Shown one piece after another: positions 22,080-32,000 of a stretch of DNA of 32,000 bases. This DNA is from Candidatus Saccharimonadota bacterium (GTDB taxonomy: Bacteria > Patescibacteriota > Gracilibacteria > BD1-5 > UBA2023): contig BAAFHK010000002.1 in NCBI GenBank assembly GCA_042852035.1, forward strand, positions 90,001 to 122,000, read 5' to 3'. Position 1 is the stretch's first letter, and each line of letters starts with the position of its first letter. Under the pieces are notes generated by a model. That model was not told where the DNA came from. It worked only from the letters and a program-made list of their open reading frames with translations, and ran no database searches. A program made the translations under genes and the position numbers.

Positions 22080-23524
22080 CTTGATCTGGATTTTGCTCTA
22101 TTCTCAGCTTCAATCTCACCCAGAAATGCATCAAGTTCTCCGAGATATCTCTCACGAAAGAGTTTTCCAGCAAAAGTTCCATAGTGACCAGCTCCTTCGA
22201 CCAAAATATGTCGACTTTTTCGTGGATTGGTGATATTTTGCGCTGCTTCGGTTTGTCCGATTCCGCATATATCGTCTCGATCTCATTCTACAGTGATGAG
22301 GGGGGTAGTCATGTCTGAGAATCTCACTTCATTTCCATTGTACATAACTTTTCCTCTTGCCCACTCATTTCCTCGGAACACTCGGTTTACCGTACTTTCA
22401 TAAAACTCATGAGGTAAGTCCATAATGGCAAAATATTCCTCATAGAAGGCAAGCATTTTTCTCTCATCCTCATTGAGGGGGCTTGTTTTATAGGCAAGTT
22501 TTCTATAGTTTGCGAGATGTTCATCAGGTTTTGTGGAGATAAAACCCATAATCTGAAGTGCAGCTGGGTAGACGGATCGACCACTTCATAGTTTTTTCCC
22601 TTCGGGGATGGTGAGTTTTAGGCTCTCGAGGACATGGGGATTGAGCTTTTCTCCCGTTTCATTGATGGCGGTAGGTGATTTGCTCACATCGATTGGTCCT
22701 GCCATGAGGGTGAGACTACGAGGCTTTGGGAGCTTGTGCGTCTCAGCATACGTAGTTGCTGTTAGGGTTTCAGGACTTGGTTGACAGACGGCGAGCGTAT
22801 CGAAAGTTCCACCATCTTTTTCTACCACACGAAAGGCATTGAGTACTTCAGTCGTATATCGGTCGACCGTGAATTCTCCTTTTGATTTCTCTACATTAAA
22901 GGGGGATTTCCAGTCAGTAATATAAACGGTATATCCAGCCTGATGAAGGCTCTCTACAGTCTTTCGAAGTAGTGTTGCGAAATGTCCGCTCATTGGAGCG
23001 ATAAGGAGCATATTTCGGCCATTCTTGTTTTCTGGTGCGGCTTCGAACTTTAGAATATCAGCGAAATCCAGACTTTCAACTCGAGTCGGTTCGATTCCAA
23101 GCTTCCAATCTGGTCGATTAAAGGTGAAAGTAAATGCGAGATTCGTACGAATAAAGTTCTCTACTTGTTGGAAAAGGGGAGGAAGTACAGGAAAAAATGA
23201 TTTTATTACTTTGAGTTGAGTCAGTGCCATCTCGAAAAAAAGCTTTCTCGCTTTCTGAGATTCAAGAAAGACGTGGTAGGGATTCATCCCATTTGAGAGT
23301 CCGTGGCTGAAGTTTGCTGGTCGGAGATTTTCCTCAGCATCATAGCTTTGGAGTTTTGTTTGAAGTTCTTTGAGCATCTCAACTCCGATATTGTTCGGAT
23401 CAAGAAAAGGATTCATTCGAGTGAGAGCTCATGTTACCATCTTTGCATACCCAAGCTGCATATCCCAAAATCTCAAAACAGGGGATCGTATGCCTTGATC
23501 GAGTTCGAGTGCTTCAGTGCTCAT
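22067..23524 (-). CDS. phaZ: Polyhydroxyalkanoate (PHB) depolymerase, intracellular PhaZ type (alpha/beta hydrolase with PHB_depo_C-like C-terminus)
   Basis: ...MLLIAPMSGHFATLLRKTVESL...YITDWKSP...AVCQPSPETL...LTLMAGPID...VYPAALQIMGFISTKPDEHL...LITVEGDRDDICGIGQTEAAQNI...LVEGAGHYGTFAGKLFRE. Two track ORFs plus the C-terminal extension share one frame, joined by TGA. TAA at 22067-22069. Start could be 23524 or 23560. Confidence 0.8.
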
Positions 23525-23599
23525 AGGGATGCTATAAGTGATAGTGTATTCATCATACATAATTTTTTGGAAATGCAAGATTTGCGAAAATTTGCTTCC

Positions 23600-23631
23600 A
23601 AAAAACCTTCCCGATTTCTTGGGAAGGTTTT
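23600..23631 (-). terminator. Intrinsic terminator downstream of the VIT-vWA gene
   Basis: aaaaccttccc / gggaaggtttt stem (23602-23612 and 23621-23631) with an 8-nt loop. On the minus strand the stem is followed by a T-run. It lies 5 nt past the TAA at 23636-23638. Confidence 0.7.
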
Positions 23632-23635
23632 ATTA

Positions 23636-26600
23636 TTATGCGTCTTTCTTTTCTTGTGGTTCTCAAAGAGTCTCTTCTTTCGATTTCTTTTTTCTTATGA
23701 AATACCATATCCCTATTGGGATGAGTAGAAGTATGCCAAAGAATTGGAAGAAGCTTCCTCTTGTACCCCCAAAATTTGTCACTTCAGAAAGAGGTGTTAT
23801 ATTTCCAGCCTGAAGGGAGAGTGAGTTCGCACTTCCTCCTTGAATCCCCATTGATGCTGATTTAGTGGATCCAAACATGACATTTGATGAGCTTCTTCGA
23901 GGAGTTGATTGGATTTCTATGCTTTCCATACTTGAAGAAGCGTCGAACATGGTTCTATTTGACGCAGGAACAGCAATCATCTCACGACGATTCCATACTG
24001 GAGAACTTTGAGTTGAGTCGAAGTTTTGATAGGTGGTATCATATTTGTTATCTTGATTTGAATATCTTTCGAGATCAGATCTTTGGCGATCATTTTCCAG
24101 AGCAATAAGACTCATTGACTGGTTGATAACGTGGGCAACATTTCCGATTCTTTCCAGAAGCATCTCCCCTGAGAATTCTTTATATACCGTTTTGTTTATA
24201 AATAGAGAACTTCCAGATGATTTTATAAGTTCAGATCAACTCAGAAAGTAGTATCCAGATTCTGTTACTTCGATATGTCCTGATTGACTTTTTGATCACT
24301 TGAGACTATCGGGGTATGCATAATAGAGAACCCTCTGATTTCAGTTCAGGTCAGAAATCATCTGAGTGCCTCTCGTTTCATTTCATTGCTTCTCTTCTGT
24401 ATAGGAATAACCAGGATAGAGATACGTAGGATAGACGAGAGTTTTAATAATACCAGTTCAAAAAATACTTTCCCCGATGACTTTTTTCCCATCCCTTCCT
24501 CCTTCGAGTGCAATGAGTGATCCGGTATTTGTTCCGCTGTATGGTTCACATTGAGTGACTGTTTTTTTCGGAGAAAAGATGGATCTCATAGCTTCACTGA
24601 GAGGGGTTTCAGGATTGAGTCGGAGGACATCACCTTCAGTTACGAGGATTGATTTTGTTACTTCTGTTTTGAGAGTTCGGATCTTGTCCCCGATTTGTAT
24701 GAGGGAAATACGATTTGATTTGAGCTTCTTATAATCGATCGTTGCATCTATAGTATTTATTTTTTCATACGAATCATCATCGGTAAGGATGACAATATTG
24801 GCATTCTCGATAGTATTATTTTTTATATACGATATCACTACTGACATATCTGTATTTCCCCAGAAGTCGATATCCGAAAGGTCATACCCATGAGCCGTAA
24901 CCATCGTATTGAATGTATAGATATCGAGAGCTACACCGTTATTTTTCCAAGTATCGATGAGTTCTTGATAGCGTTTCTTCATGGATTTCTCTTCGCCGAT
25001 ACTCTTTGAAATATCAAGGAAAACAATATTCTTTGTGAGATTTTTTCCACTTCCAGAGAGTGATGCTATATTGATTCATTCGTACGTATTAATCGCACAA
25101 TATCAGAGTGAATCTTTCAGGGTTCATTCGAGTTTTACGGAAAGAACTTTCCCCCGTAAGAGATCATCGATAATGCTTGTCTTAAATGAATCTTGGTGAA
25201 GGGCTTTTGTTCCTTCCATGACACGAGTAACAATTTCTGATTTATTTGTGAGTTTGAGATTGAGGATATCAGTTTTTGGTACCACGACGATATTCTCACT
25301 CGTTGTGATAGGGGTAATATAACTGAACTGTACTCTTTGGCGGCCCTGTGTTCGACTGTCATTGAGAGATGGTACAGGAAATACTCGGAGACGATACGTT
25401 GTAGGTCCTGTTTGTTCTAGGAGGGCTGGATCAGTATTACGCCTGAGAGAGTCAGTATATACTCTTTCTGCAGCGCCTCGTGGAGCGAGTGTTCCTGTGA
25501 GTTCGAGATTGAGTCAAAGTCGGAGATTCGTAACGACTGACTCACTCGTTGGAAGCTCTATTGAGAATATTACTTCCTGATTTTGTGTATCAGTATTTTG
25601 GAATTCATAGGTAACTTGAGTTTCTATCGCACCGATGTCTGTCTGTATTACTGACTCATGTTTTGCGAGAGTAAGTTCTACTTTCGCATTTTCTCATCGA
25701 GCCAACATGCTTGTGCCGTTTGAATTTCTCGTGCGATACTTGTTTACGTCAAGTTCAGTATCAATTTCGCTCTCGATGCTACGGTCAAAGATTCTTGCAT
25801 AAAGGTCCTTTTGGTAGAGCTTATTCTCGAGATAAAGTTCCTTCATGGCCCATTTGAGTCACCATACTGAGGCTGCTCGATTGTATCACTCTGGACTTTC
25901 CCCATATTCACCGAGGATGGTATTTGCTTTTTGTATCTGATTCTTGATGAATTTTTCTTTTATAAAAGGGCTTCCCCAGAGTACCATGAGAAGGAGAGTG
26001 AGTCAGAGGGCTCATTTTCTTATTTGTTTTCTGCCACGTTCATCTATAGGTTCTAACTCATTCCAGCCATAGCTTACCATCATCCACGTGAAAATGAGGA
26101 AAATGGAAAAATAATTCATAAAAGTCATAAGATCTCTCCAGGAATCACCCAGAAATATCCAGATTATGATGAAAAGGACTCAGCCTGATAGGACAAAAAT
26201 AGCGAGTGTAATTATGAGAGCCATAATAGACTGACTATAACAAGTGAGAATCTTTTTGAATAGACCTTCATGTGAAGAGTAATCCTTCAGAAAATGAACT
26301 ATAGGAGAAAATGCATACAATCAGCCTAAAACAAAGAGATACCATGGGAACCCTGAAAAATCTCGATCCGCAAGTTCTCTATATATGGAAAGGACTACTA
26401 TACCAACGAAGAAAGGGAATGTTGTGTTCGTAAGAGATCGAAGTACTGAAAAATTCGGTGACTGAAATTTTTTCCATGCCGAGTAGAGAAGTGACCCAGT
26501 GAGAAGAACAAGAAGAGCGCCTCAAAGTACCACTTCGAGAAATGAGTCTCATGGAAGGAGACTTTCACAATTCCAATAGCTCTGACGATAGACTCAATAG

Positions 26601-26839
26601 GAGTATCATCCATAGGAGTGGCACTGCCAAAAAATCGTTCGAAGAATTTCCCAAATGAAGCTACCAGTAACTAAAATAAGAATGAGAGAAAATATACGAT
26701 TTCCCCACATTCTAAACCTTTCACTTTTTTTAACCCAAATAAGGAAACCAATGAGAGTATCAAGCATAAAAATGAATGAGAAGATAAAAGAATCTGTACT
26801 GAATGACGAAAGTCTATTCCTTTCGTGACATTTTTGCAA
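23636..26839 (-). CDS. Large integral membrane protein: N-terminal ~8 TM segments, VIT domain, vWA domain, and a C-terminal TM plus basic tail (sorting-signal-like)
   Basis: One frame is open, with TGA only, from the TAG at 26846-26848 down to the TAA at 23636-23638; checked codon by codon. VIT-like block: QVTYEFQNTDTQNQEVIFSIELPTSESVVTNLRL...AERVYTDSLRRNTDPALLEQTGPTTYRLRVFPVP. vWA MIDAS: NIVFLDISKS ... IVILTDDD. Tail: GGTRGSFFQFFGILLLIPIGIWYFIRKKKSKEE. The start is uncertain (TTG 26839 or ATG 26767). Confidence 0.8.
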
Positions 26840-26932
26840 ATATGGCTATTTATTTTTCTTAGCAGTCCTTGAGTATCTTTCAAATAGGGAAGTGAGGTTG
26901 AAATGTTGTAAAAAAATAAAAGGATAAAATTC

Positions 26933-27970
26933 CTATAAGGAAGTTAGAAGGAATGAACGATATTCTTTCTTAGAGAATTCGAAGAATTTCTTATCCCCCA
27001 TTTGGATCTGTGCATTGACGAGAATAAATGGCTTTCCATCTGAATTCATCCATTTCTTTTGAGGGGGACGGACTGAAAGTTCCAGATTATAATGGTTTCG
27101 AAAGTATACTTGGATATATTTCCTGATATCTCGATGGAGAGCAGGGTCGAGAATAAAGGGAGTATATTTTTCTCAATCAGGACTATAATATGTCTGATGA
27201 TCCTTGTGAAGGATGACTATAATCTGTGCATCAGGTAGTGGAAAATGCACTATTTTTTTATCTTGGATTTCCTCAAGAGATCAGCGAGTTTTGTAAAATA
27301 AACTATCATGAATTGGGTACTCTTCCCAGACTATTTGGCTTGGGTTTTTGATATCGACAAGACTCCCGAAATCCATAAGGGCGTTGTTTATATCTCTTGC
27401 GAGTTCTTCCTTTTTGTATTTATCAGTGTAAGTGATACAAAAATTTCGAAAATCTGCTTCAATGATTTCTTTTTCTTGAATGGTAAGGATTGTATCTTTT
27501 CAGCCTTTATAAAATCTCGAAAATACCTTTTCGAGATTTGTATCCCAAGCAAGAAAGGCATCACCATATCCAAATGCAAGGATTGCACTAGACGTATATG
27601 GTCATACTCCTGGGAGTTTTCAGAGTTGATTTTTTTCTCTCGGGAATTGCCCATTATATTTTTCTATGACTTCTTTGGCGGTTTTTAGGATGTTTCGCGC
27701 TCGGGAATAGTATCCAAGTCACTGATAGTAGGGGAAGAATGTTTCATAGTCAGTATTTGCAAGTGATTCAAGAGTTGGAAATTTTTTTATTACCCTTTCG
27801 AAATAATCGATAACGCGTGATACTTGTGTTTGCTGCAGAAATATCTCAGAAAGCCACACACGATAGAGTATGTCTTTTGAATTTTTTGATTGATATTGTC
27901 TCCATGGAAGTGAGTGTCTCCCATGTTTTTTATACCACTCGAGAAGTTCGATCCAGGGGAAGGTCATCAT
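26933..27970 (-). CDS. mutY: A/G-specific adenine DNA glycosylase MutY (HhH-GPD plus NUDIX-like C-terminal domain), lacking the canonical 4-Cys Fe-S loop
   Basis: LLEWYKKHGRHSLPWRQ...YRVWLSEIFLQQTQVSRVIDYFERVIKKFPT...GLGYYSRARNILKTAKEV...LPGVGPYTSSAILAFGYG. In-frame TGAs give GLGYY and GVGPY. True stop is TAG at 26933-26935; 345 aa. Confidence 0.88.
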
Positions 27971-28074
27971 TTGCCCATTCTATTGCTTTTTTGACTCGAT
28001 GCAAATTCACTCTTTTCTCTTGTTTTTCCCTCTATAAAATCTATACTTATTCTATAATATTTTACTCCACTTTT

Positions 28075-31000
28075 ATGCGTAAACTTATACGGATATTCTT
28101 ACTGATTGTTGCCCTTGTTTCAGTATGAGCTCTTGCTTATACCGCATATATTTTGAGTTCACGTACTCTTATTCTTCCATTTGTAGGATCAGAGAATCAA
28201 AAATGAAGCCTACTTGAGTTGGTATTTTCTCCTCCATGAATTCTCGCTCCCACAAAGGATGTTGAGCTTATTGATAGTGAAGCAATACTTTCTTCTCTTG
28301 AAAAAGATGGTAAAATCCTCCCTCAGGAGGTTGTTTCTGGAGAATATAGCCTTCTCGTAGAAGGCTGATATTTACGACTTGCATCGCTTAATACAGAAAA
28401 ATCAGATACTCCTGTTACCATTAAATCGAGTAATTATAATAAAATAAAAAAGACCCTATTTCGACTTCCAAGAAATATTACCCTGACTCCCTCAGATATT
28501 CCGAAGAGTATTTCAGTATATTCACTCGGGGAACCAAAAGATCAACTCTACGAGGTTTCATTCTATGGTCTTCCTGATGGTATCACCCCTTCTGATGTCC
28601 GATATTATGTACACTATGATACTCAGGCATGATGTAATATTTCGAATTGGCAGACCTATCAACCGCTCCAATCCTTGTATTACTGACCAAAATATCCTTT
28701 CTGATCGAATGTTTCTGGTGAGATTGCTATACGCACAGAAAGAGTTGCATATACCCCTCTTCTTTCGGATGAAGTTCTTCCAGATGGAAGAGATGGTCAG
28801 AAGTGGATAAAACAAGTGAAACTCCCGTATAATCGAGATGCTTCTCGAGTTTGTATTATTGCTTGAGTTGGCGGACTTTACCAGGTAGTTGAAGACCGAT
28901 TTATGGATCCATTTACAGCGACTGGAAAACTTTCTGAATCACTTTCTCCAGAGTTTGATATGAAGAGTCAGATTGAATTCACTTTTTCACATGACATATA
29001 TGCTGATAGTGGAGCTCTCTACAGTGCGGAATATATGAATCATCGAAATGATGCGAAAGTTGAGTTTCTCAAACGCTTTGATATTACTCCAAATATTCCT
29101 CTCAAAACAGAGGATCTTATGCTTACTCCGAATCGTGCGGTTCTTACTCTTCCGCTTGAAGAAGGTAAAGATTACAATATAAGTCTGCGTGATGTGACTG
29201 ATATTTATGGCAGAAAAACGACAGTTCATACTTTAGTAAATCCGAAAAGTGAACCATTTCTTTCATTAAAACTTGGTCAAACAAAACAGATTTTCACGAC
29301 GAAAAATACGATAGAAGGGAAGCTTTATGCTCTGAAATCGAATGAAAAAAAGTACAACCTCAAGCTTTGTAACCTTTCCCTTGAAGACTATTCAAAGATC
29401 GAAAGAATGAATACAAACACTTTGCGAGGAAAGAACGCTCTTGTGTTTGAAATTCTTGCTCGTGGAAGAGAGTGTCGTACGAAAGAGATTGTTCTTTCAT
29501 GAAGTTGATATGTGTCTCCGTTTACGGTAGATGAATTCTTTCAATGAGAAAAAACGCCAGGACTTTATGCCCTCTATTTTGCGAACTCCTCAGATATAGA
29601 AAAATTTGATAAATTTATATCACCTATTATTTTTTCTATAGTAGATACGCATCTTACCCTAAAAGTTGATGCAAGTGGAAAAATGATGGTTCTTGCGACT
29701 GATATCCTCACAGGAAAACCGAGACAAAATCAAGTAATTAGTCTCACGAGAAATATATCACGTACCTATAAGGAACGATGGGATAGTTCGAATCAAAGAG
29801 TCGAAAAAGAATACATTCCCCTTACGAGTCAGGCATTTGCTACTGGGGTAAGTATATGAGTTACAAATGGTGGATGATTCGCTGAGACAAAAGTTGATAC
29901 ACTTGCATGACTTGATGGATACGATTCAAATCCATTCTATCTTACCTTTCAAAGTTGGTGGGATTATGAGGGTCGATATGATAGTTTTCTCGTAGAATCT
30001 CATGGTGATGGGCATCTTGGATATCTGGTTTCTACATGGAATGATGGTATAACGGGTTATAATTTTTGAATCAAAGATTCTGATTATTCTTACCAGAGTC
30101 GAGGAAAATACACAAGTTACATCCATACGGATAGGAAGCTCTATCTCCCATGAGAAAAAGTTCATATACATGCAATCCTTCGTGAAAATAAAGCATCTTT
30201 AACGATTCCAACTACTCCTTTTATTGCAATACTTACCGACCCACTTGGGCGAGAGATACGTAGAGTTTCTGTCAAAACAAATGAGTATGGATCTTTCTCT
30301 CTTGATTATGAGCTCCCAAAAGAGGCAACTCTCGGAATGTATAGCATCAACCTCATTACTCCGGATAATACAGAATATGTAGAAAACTCTTGGACGAATT
30401 TTCAGGTTGAAGTCTTCAAAAATCCTACATTTACAGCTACGGTTGAGTTAAAGAGTGATGATTTAGAAAATGAAAGCGTAAAAAATCTCATGAAGGTCCC
30501 GAATAATGATCCGTACAATCCATGGTATACTGATGCATATATTGGAAACTTTAGTATCGGGGGAATCGTAAAAGCCAAATACTATAATGGTGCAGAAATG
30601 AGAAATACGAGCTTTACCTATCGTGTCTATAGAAGCGAATATTATCCTGATGATTATTGGGGGGATTGTTTTTGGTGATGTTACTGGGAGCCACCTCTAG
30701 AGCTCTATAGCGAAGGTACTGGAAGTATTGATGGTGATGGCTATGGTGTTATGCGGATCCCAGTAGAATATAAATCATTTTATAGCGACTATAAGTATAC
30801 CGTTGAAGTAACAATTAGGGATGCTCTTTCTTGAGAAGAGGTAACAACGCCTTGATCACTTATTGTGAAGCTTCCTTCGACCTATAAGGGATTCTCTCTC
30901 GATAACCCTCTCGTATTTACTCCAAAAAAGAAAATCCTAAAAAATACTGAAATGCTTACGGGCGATTTTGCTCCGACTTATGGTAAGTGGGACCAAAGTC

Positions 31001-32000
31001 TTGTGAATAAGTATCAGTATGAGATATATAGAAAAGACTATGAAGAGTGATGGGTGGAAGATATTCGTATGGGAAAAACTCGTATAACGACAAGCGAAGA
31101 TGTCCTTATATCGAGTGGGGTTATCGTTAAAAAAGACTTTTCTATAAATATCCCAGCAGCAAAACCAGGAGAATACCACATAAAGGTTCGCCCTGCTTCT
31201 TGAGATGCTCCAGAATCGAGTATATCTGAGACGCTATTCTATATTTCATGAGACAATACAAGCATCAGAGATATGAATCTCAGAGTAATACCAGAAAAGA
31301 CGGTCTATCACAAGGATGAGACAGCGAGAGTTATGATTCAAGTGCCATTTACTGGTTCATATCTCCTTATTACTCAGGAGAAATGAGGTGTTATTCAGAA
31401 AGAATATCTTTACCTTTCGGGAAATACCCTTATGCGTGAGTATAAGGTAGATGATACGATGATTCCAAACTCGTATATATGAGTTGTGGCACTTCGTCCT
31501 TGAATTGGTTGAGATGATACAAGAGGATATGCAGTAGGCTATGGAGAAATTATTACCGATATTTCCGAGAAGAAATCTATCCTGACTATTACTCCAGATA
31601 AAGAGCGTTATAAGAATCGAGATACAGCGAATATTGATCTCACTCTCACAAATAGCTCTTGAAATCCTCTTATTGGGGAAGTGACAGTAATGGTCGTAGA
31701 TGAAAGTCTGATTCGTCTCCTGGGAAATGTCGACCTTGATATTATGCCAAAATTTTATCAAAAGTATCCATTTACCGTGCGTACAGCTCTTACAGCTATT
31801 GGTATCGAACGCTGACAGTTTCTCTCAAGAAAATGATCGAACGGAGGCTGAGGAAGCAAGTGATGAGATGGTTCAGAGATCTCAACTCGAACACTCTTCG
31901 AAAACACAGCCTACTATCATCCTGGAATTGTTACGGACATAAGTGGTAAGGCACGAGTTACCTTTACGCTTCCTGATAACATTACAAACTATCGTATTAT
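28075..32000 (+). CDS. Alpha-2-macroglobulin family protein (bacterial A2M/MG-domain), 3'-partial
   Basis: Signal-anchor MRKLIRIFLLIVALVSVGALAY. MG-domain motifs YIHTDRKLYLPGEKVHIHAILRE, FQVEVFKNPTF, VTVMVVDESLIRLLG and RTLFENTAYYHPGIVTDISGKARVTFTLPDNITNYRI. The frame is open (TGA only) from 28075 to the window end. The Gly-rich linker GSNGGGGSKGGDGSE uses 5 TGA codons. Confidence 0.88.

Noticed and set aside
23567-23601. Second imperfect hairpin (ttggaaatgcaa...tttgcttccaa) upstream of phaZ as a riboswitch or attenuator
   Set aside because: There are only 6+4 paired bases with mismatches and no conserved riboswitch core that I recognise. I kept only the adjacent clean terminator.
26606-26883. 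Alternative N-terminal frames for the VIT-vWA gene (ORFs 26398-26613 and 26671-26883)
   Set aside because: Both end at genuine TAG stops (26398-26400 and 26671-26673) and cannot join the downstream frame without a frameshift. The frame used is continuous and encodes plausible TM helices.
27308-27688. 126-aa plus-strand ORF
   Set aside because: It is antisense to mutY. The minus-strand frame gives the HhH-GPD motif and continues without TAA/TAG.
28030-28058. Sigma-70-type promoter call for the A2M gene (TATAAT at 28053-28058)
   Set aside because: A good -10 hexamer exists, but no acceptable -35 lies at 17 +/- 1 bp spacing. In AT-rich spacers TATAAT occurs by chance, so I did not report it as a feature.
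31357-31761. 134-aa minus-strand ORF and the 31727-31942 plus-strand ORF
   Set aside because: Both overlap the A2M frame, which yields the conserved VMVVDESL and RTLFENTAYY motifs. The alternative frames have no recognisable features.
1-32000. Reading the fragmented ORFs as pseudogenes or frameshifted genes, or reading TGA as Trp (table 4) or selenocysteine
   Set aside because: The interruptions are exclusively TGA and in frame, with no frame changes needed. They coincide with invariant Gly in many unrelated protein families and are far too frequent for Sec.
1-32000. CRISPR arrays, rRNA and tRNA genes
   Set aside because: No regularly spaced direct repeats and no intergenic space long enough are present. 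The largest spacers are 16030-16191, 20489-20582 and 27971-28074, and none shows a cloverleaf-like or rRNA-like sequence that I could recognise.

Overview
This 32-kb window comes from a bacterium that reads UGA as glycine (translation table 25, the Gracilibacteria / Absconditabacteria-SR1 type within CPR/Patescibacteria). The supplied standard-code ORF track is therefore fragmented. Every real gene is interrupted only by TGA, never by TAA or TAG, and the TGAs fall on invariant Gly positions of well-known motifs in Der, FtsH, the C5-methyltransferase, the MutH/Sau3AI nuclease, the S24 peptidase, MutY and the EVE protein.

Re-reading by hand with TGA=Gly gives 16 CDS:
- A giant surface protein of at least 3,572 codons, running off the 5' edge and ending at 10720.
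- der, a TraB/GumN-like membrane protein, and ftsH (10770-15321).
- A compositionally mosaic accessory block (15352-20488) holding an orphan protein with a HEPN-like RNxxxH motif, a Sau3AI-like type II R-M pair (C5-MTase plus MutH-family nuclease), and a umuD/umuC-like translesion operon.
- A small membrane protein, DedA, and an EVE-domain protein.
- An intracellular-type PHA depolymerase (PhaZ).
- A protein of about 1,067 aa with multiple TM segments, VIT and vWA domains, and a sorting-signal-like tail.
- A MutY that lacks the 4-Cys Fe-S motif.
- An alpha-2-macroglobulin-family protein running off the 3' edge.

I saw no rRNA, tRNA, CRISPR array, integrase or transposase. All domain calls rest on motif recognition by eye, with no searches run. 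GC figures are hand counts of single 60-nt lines.
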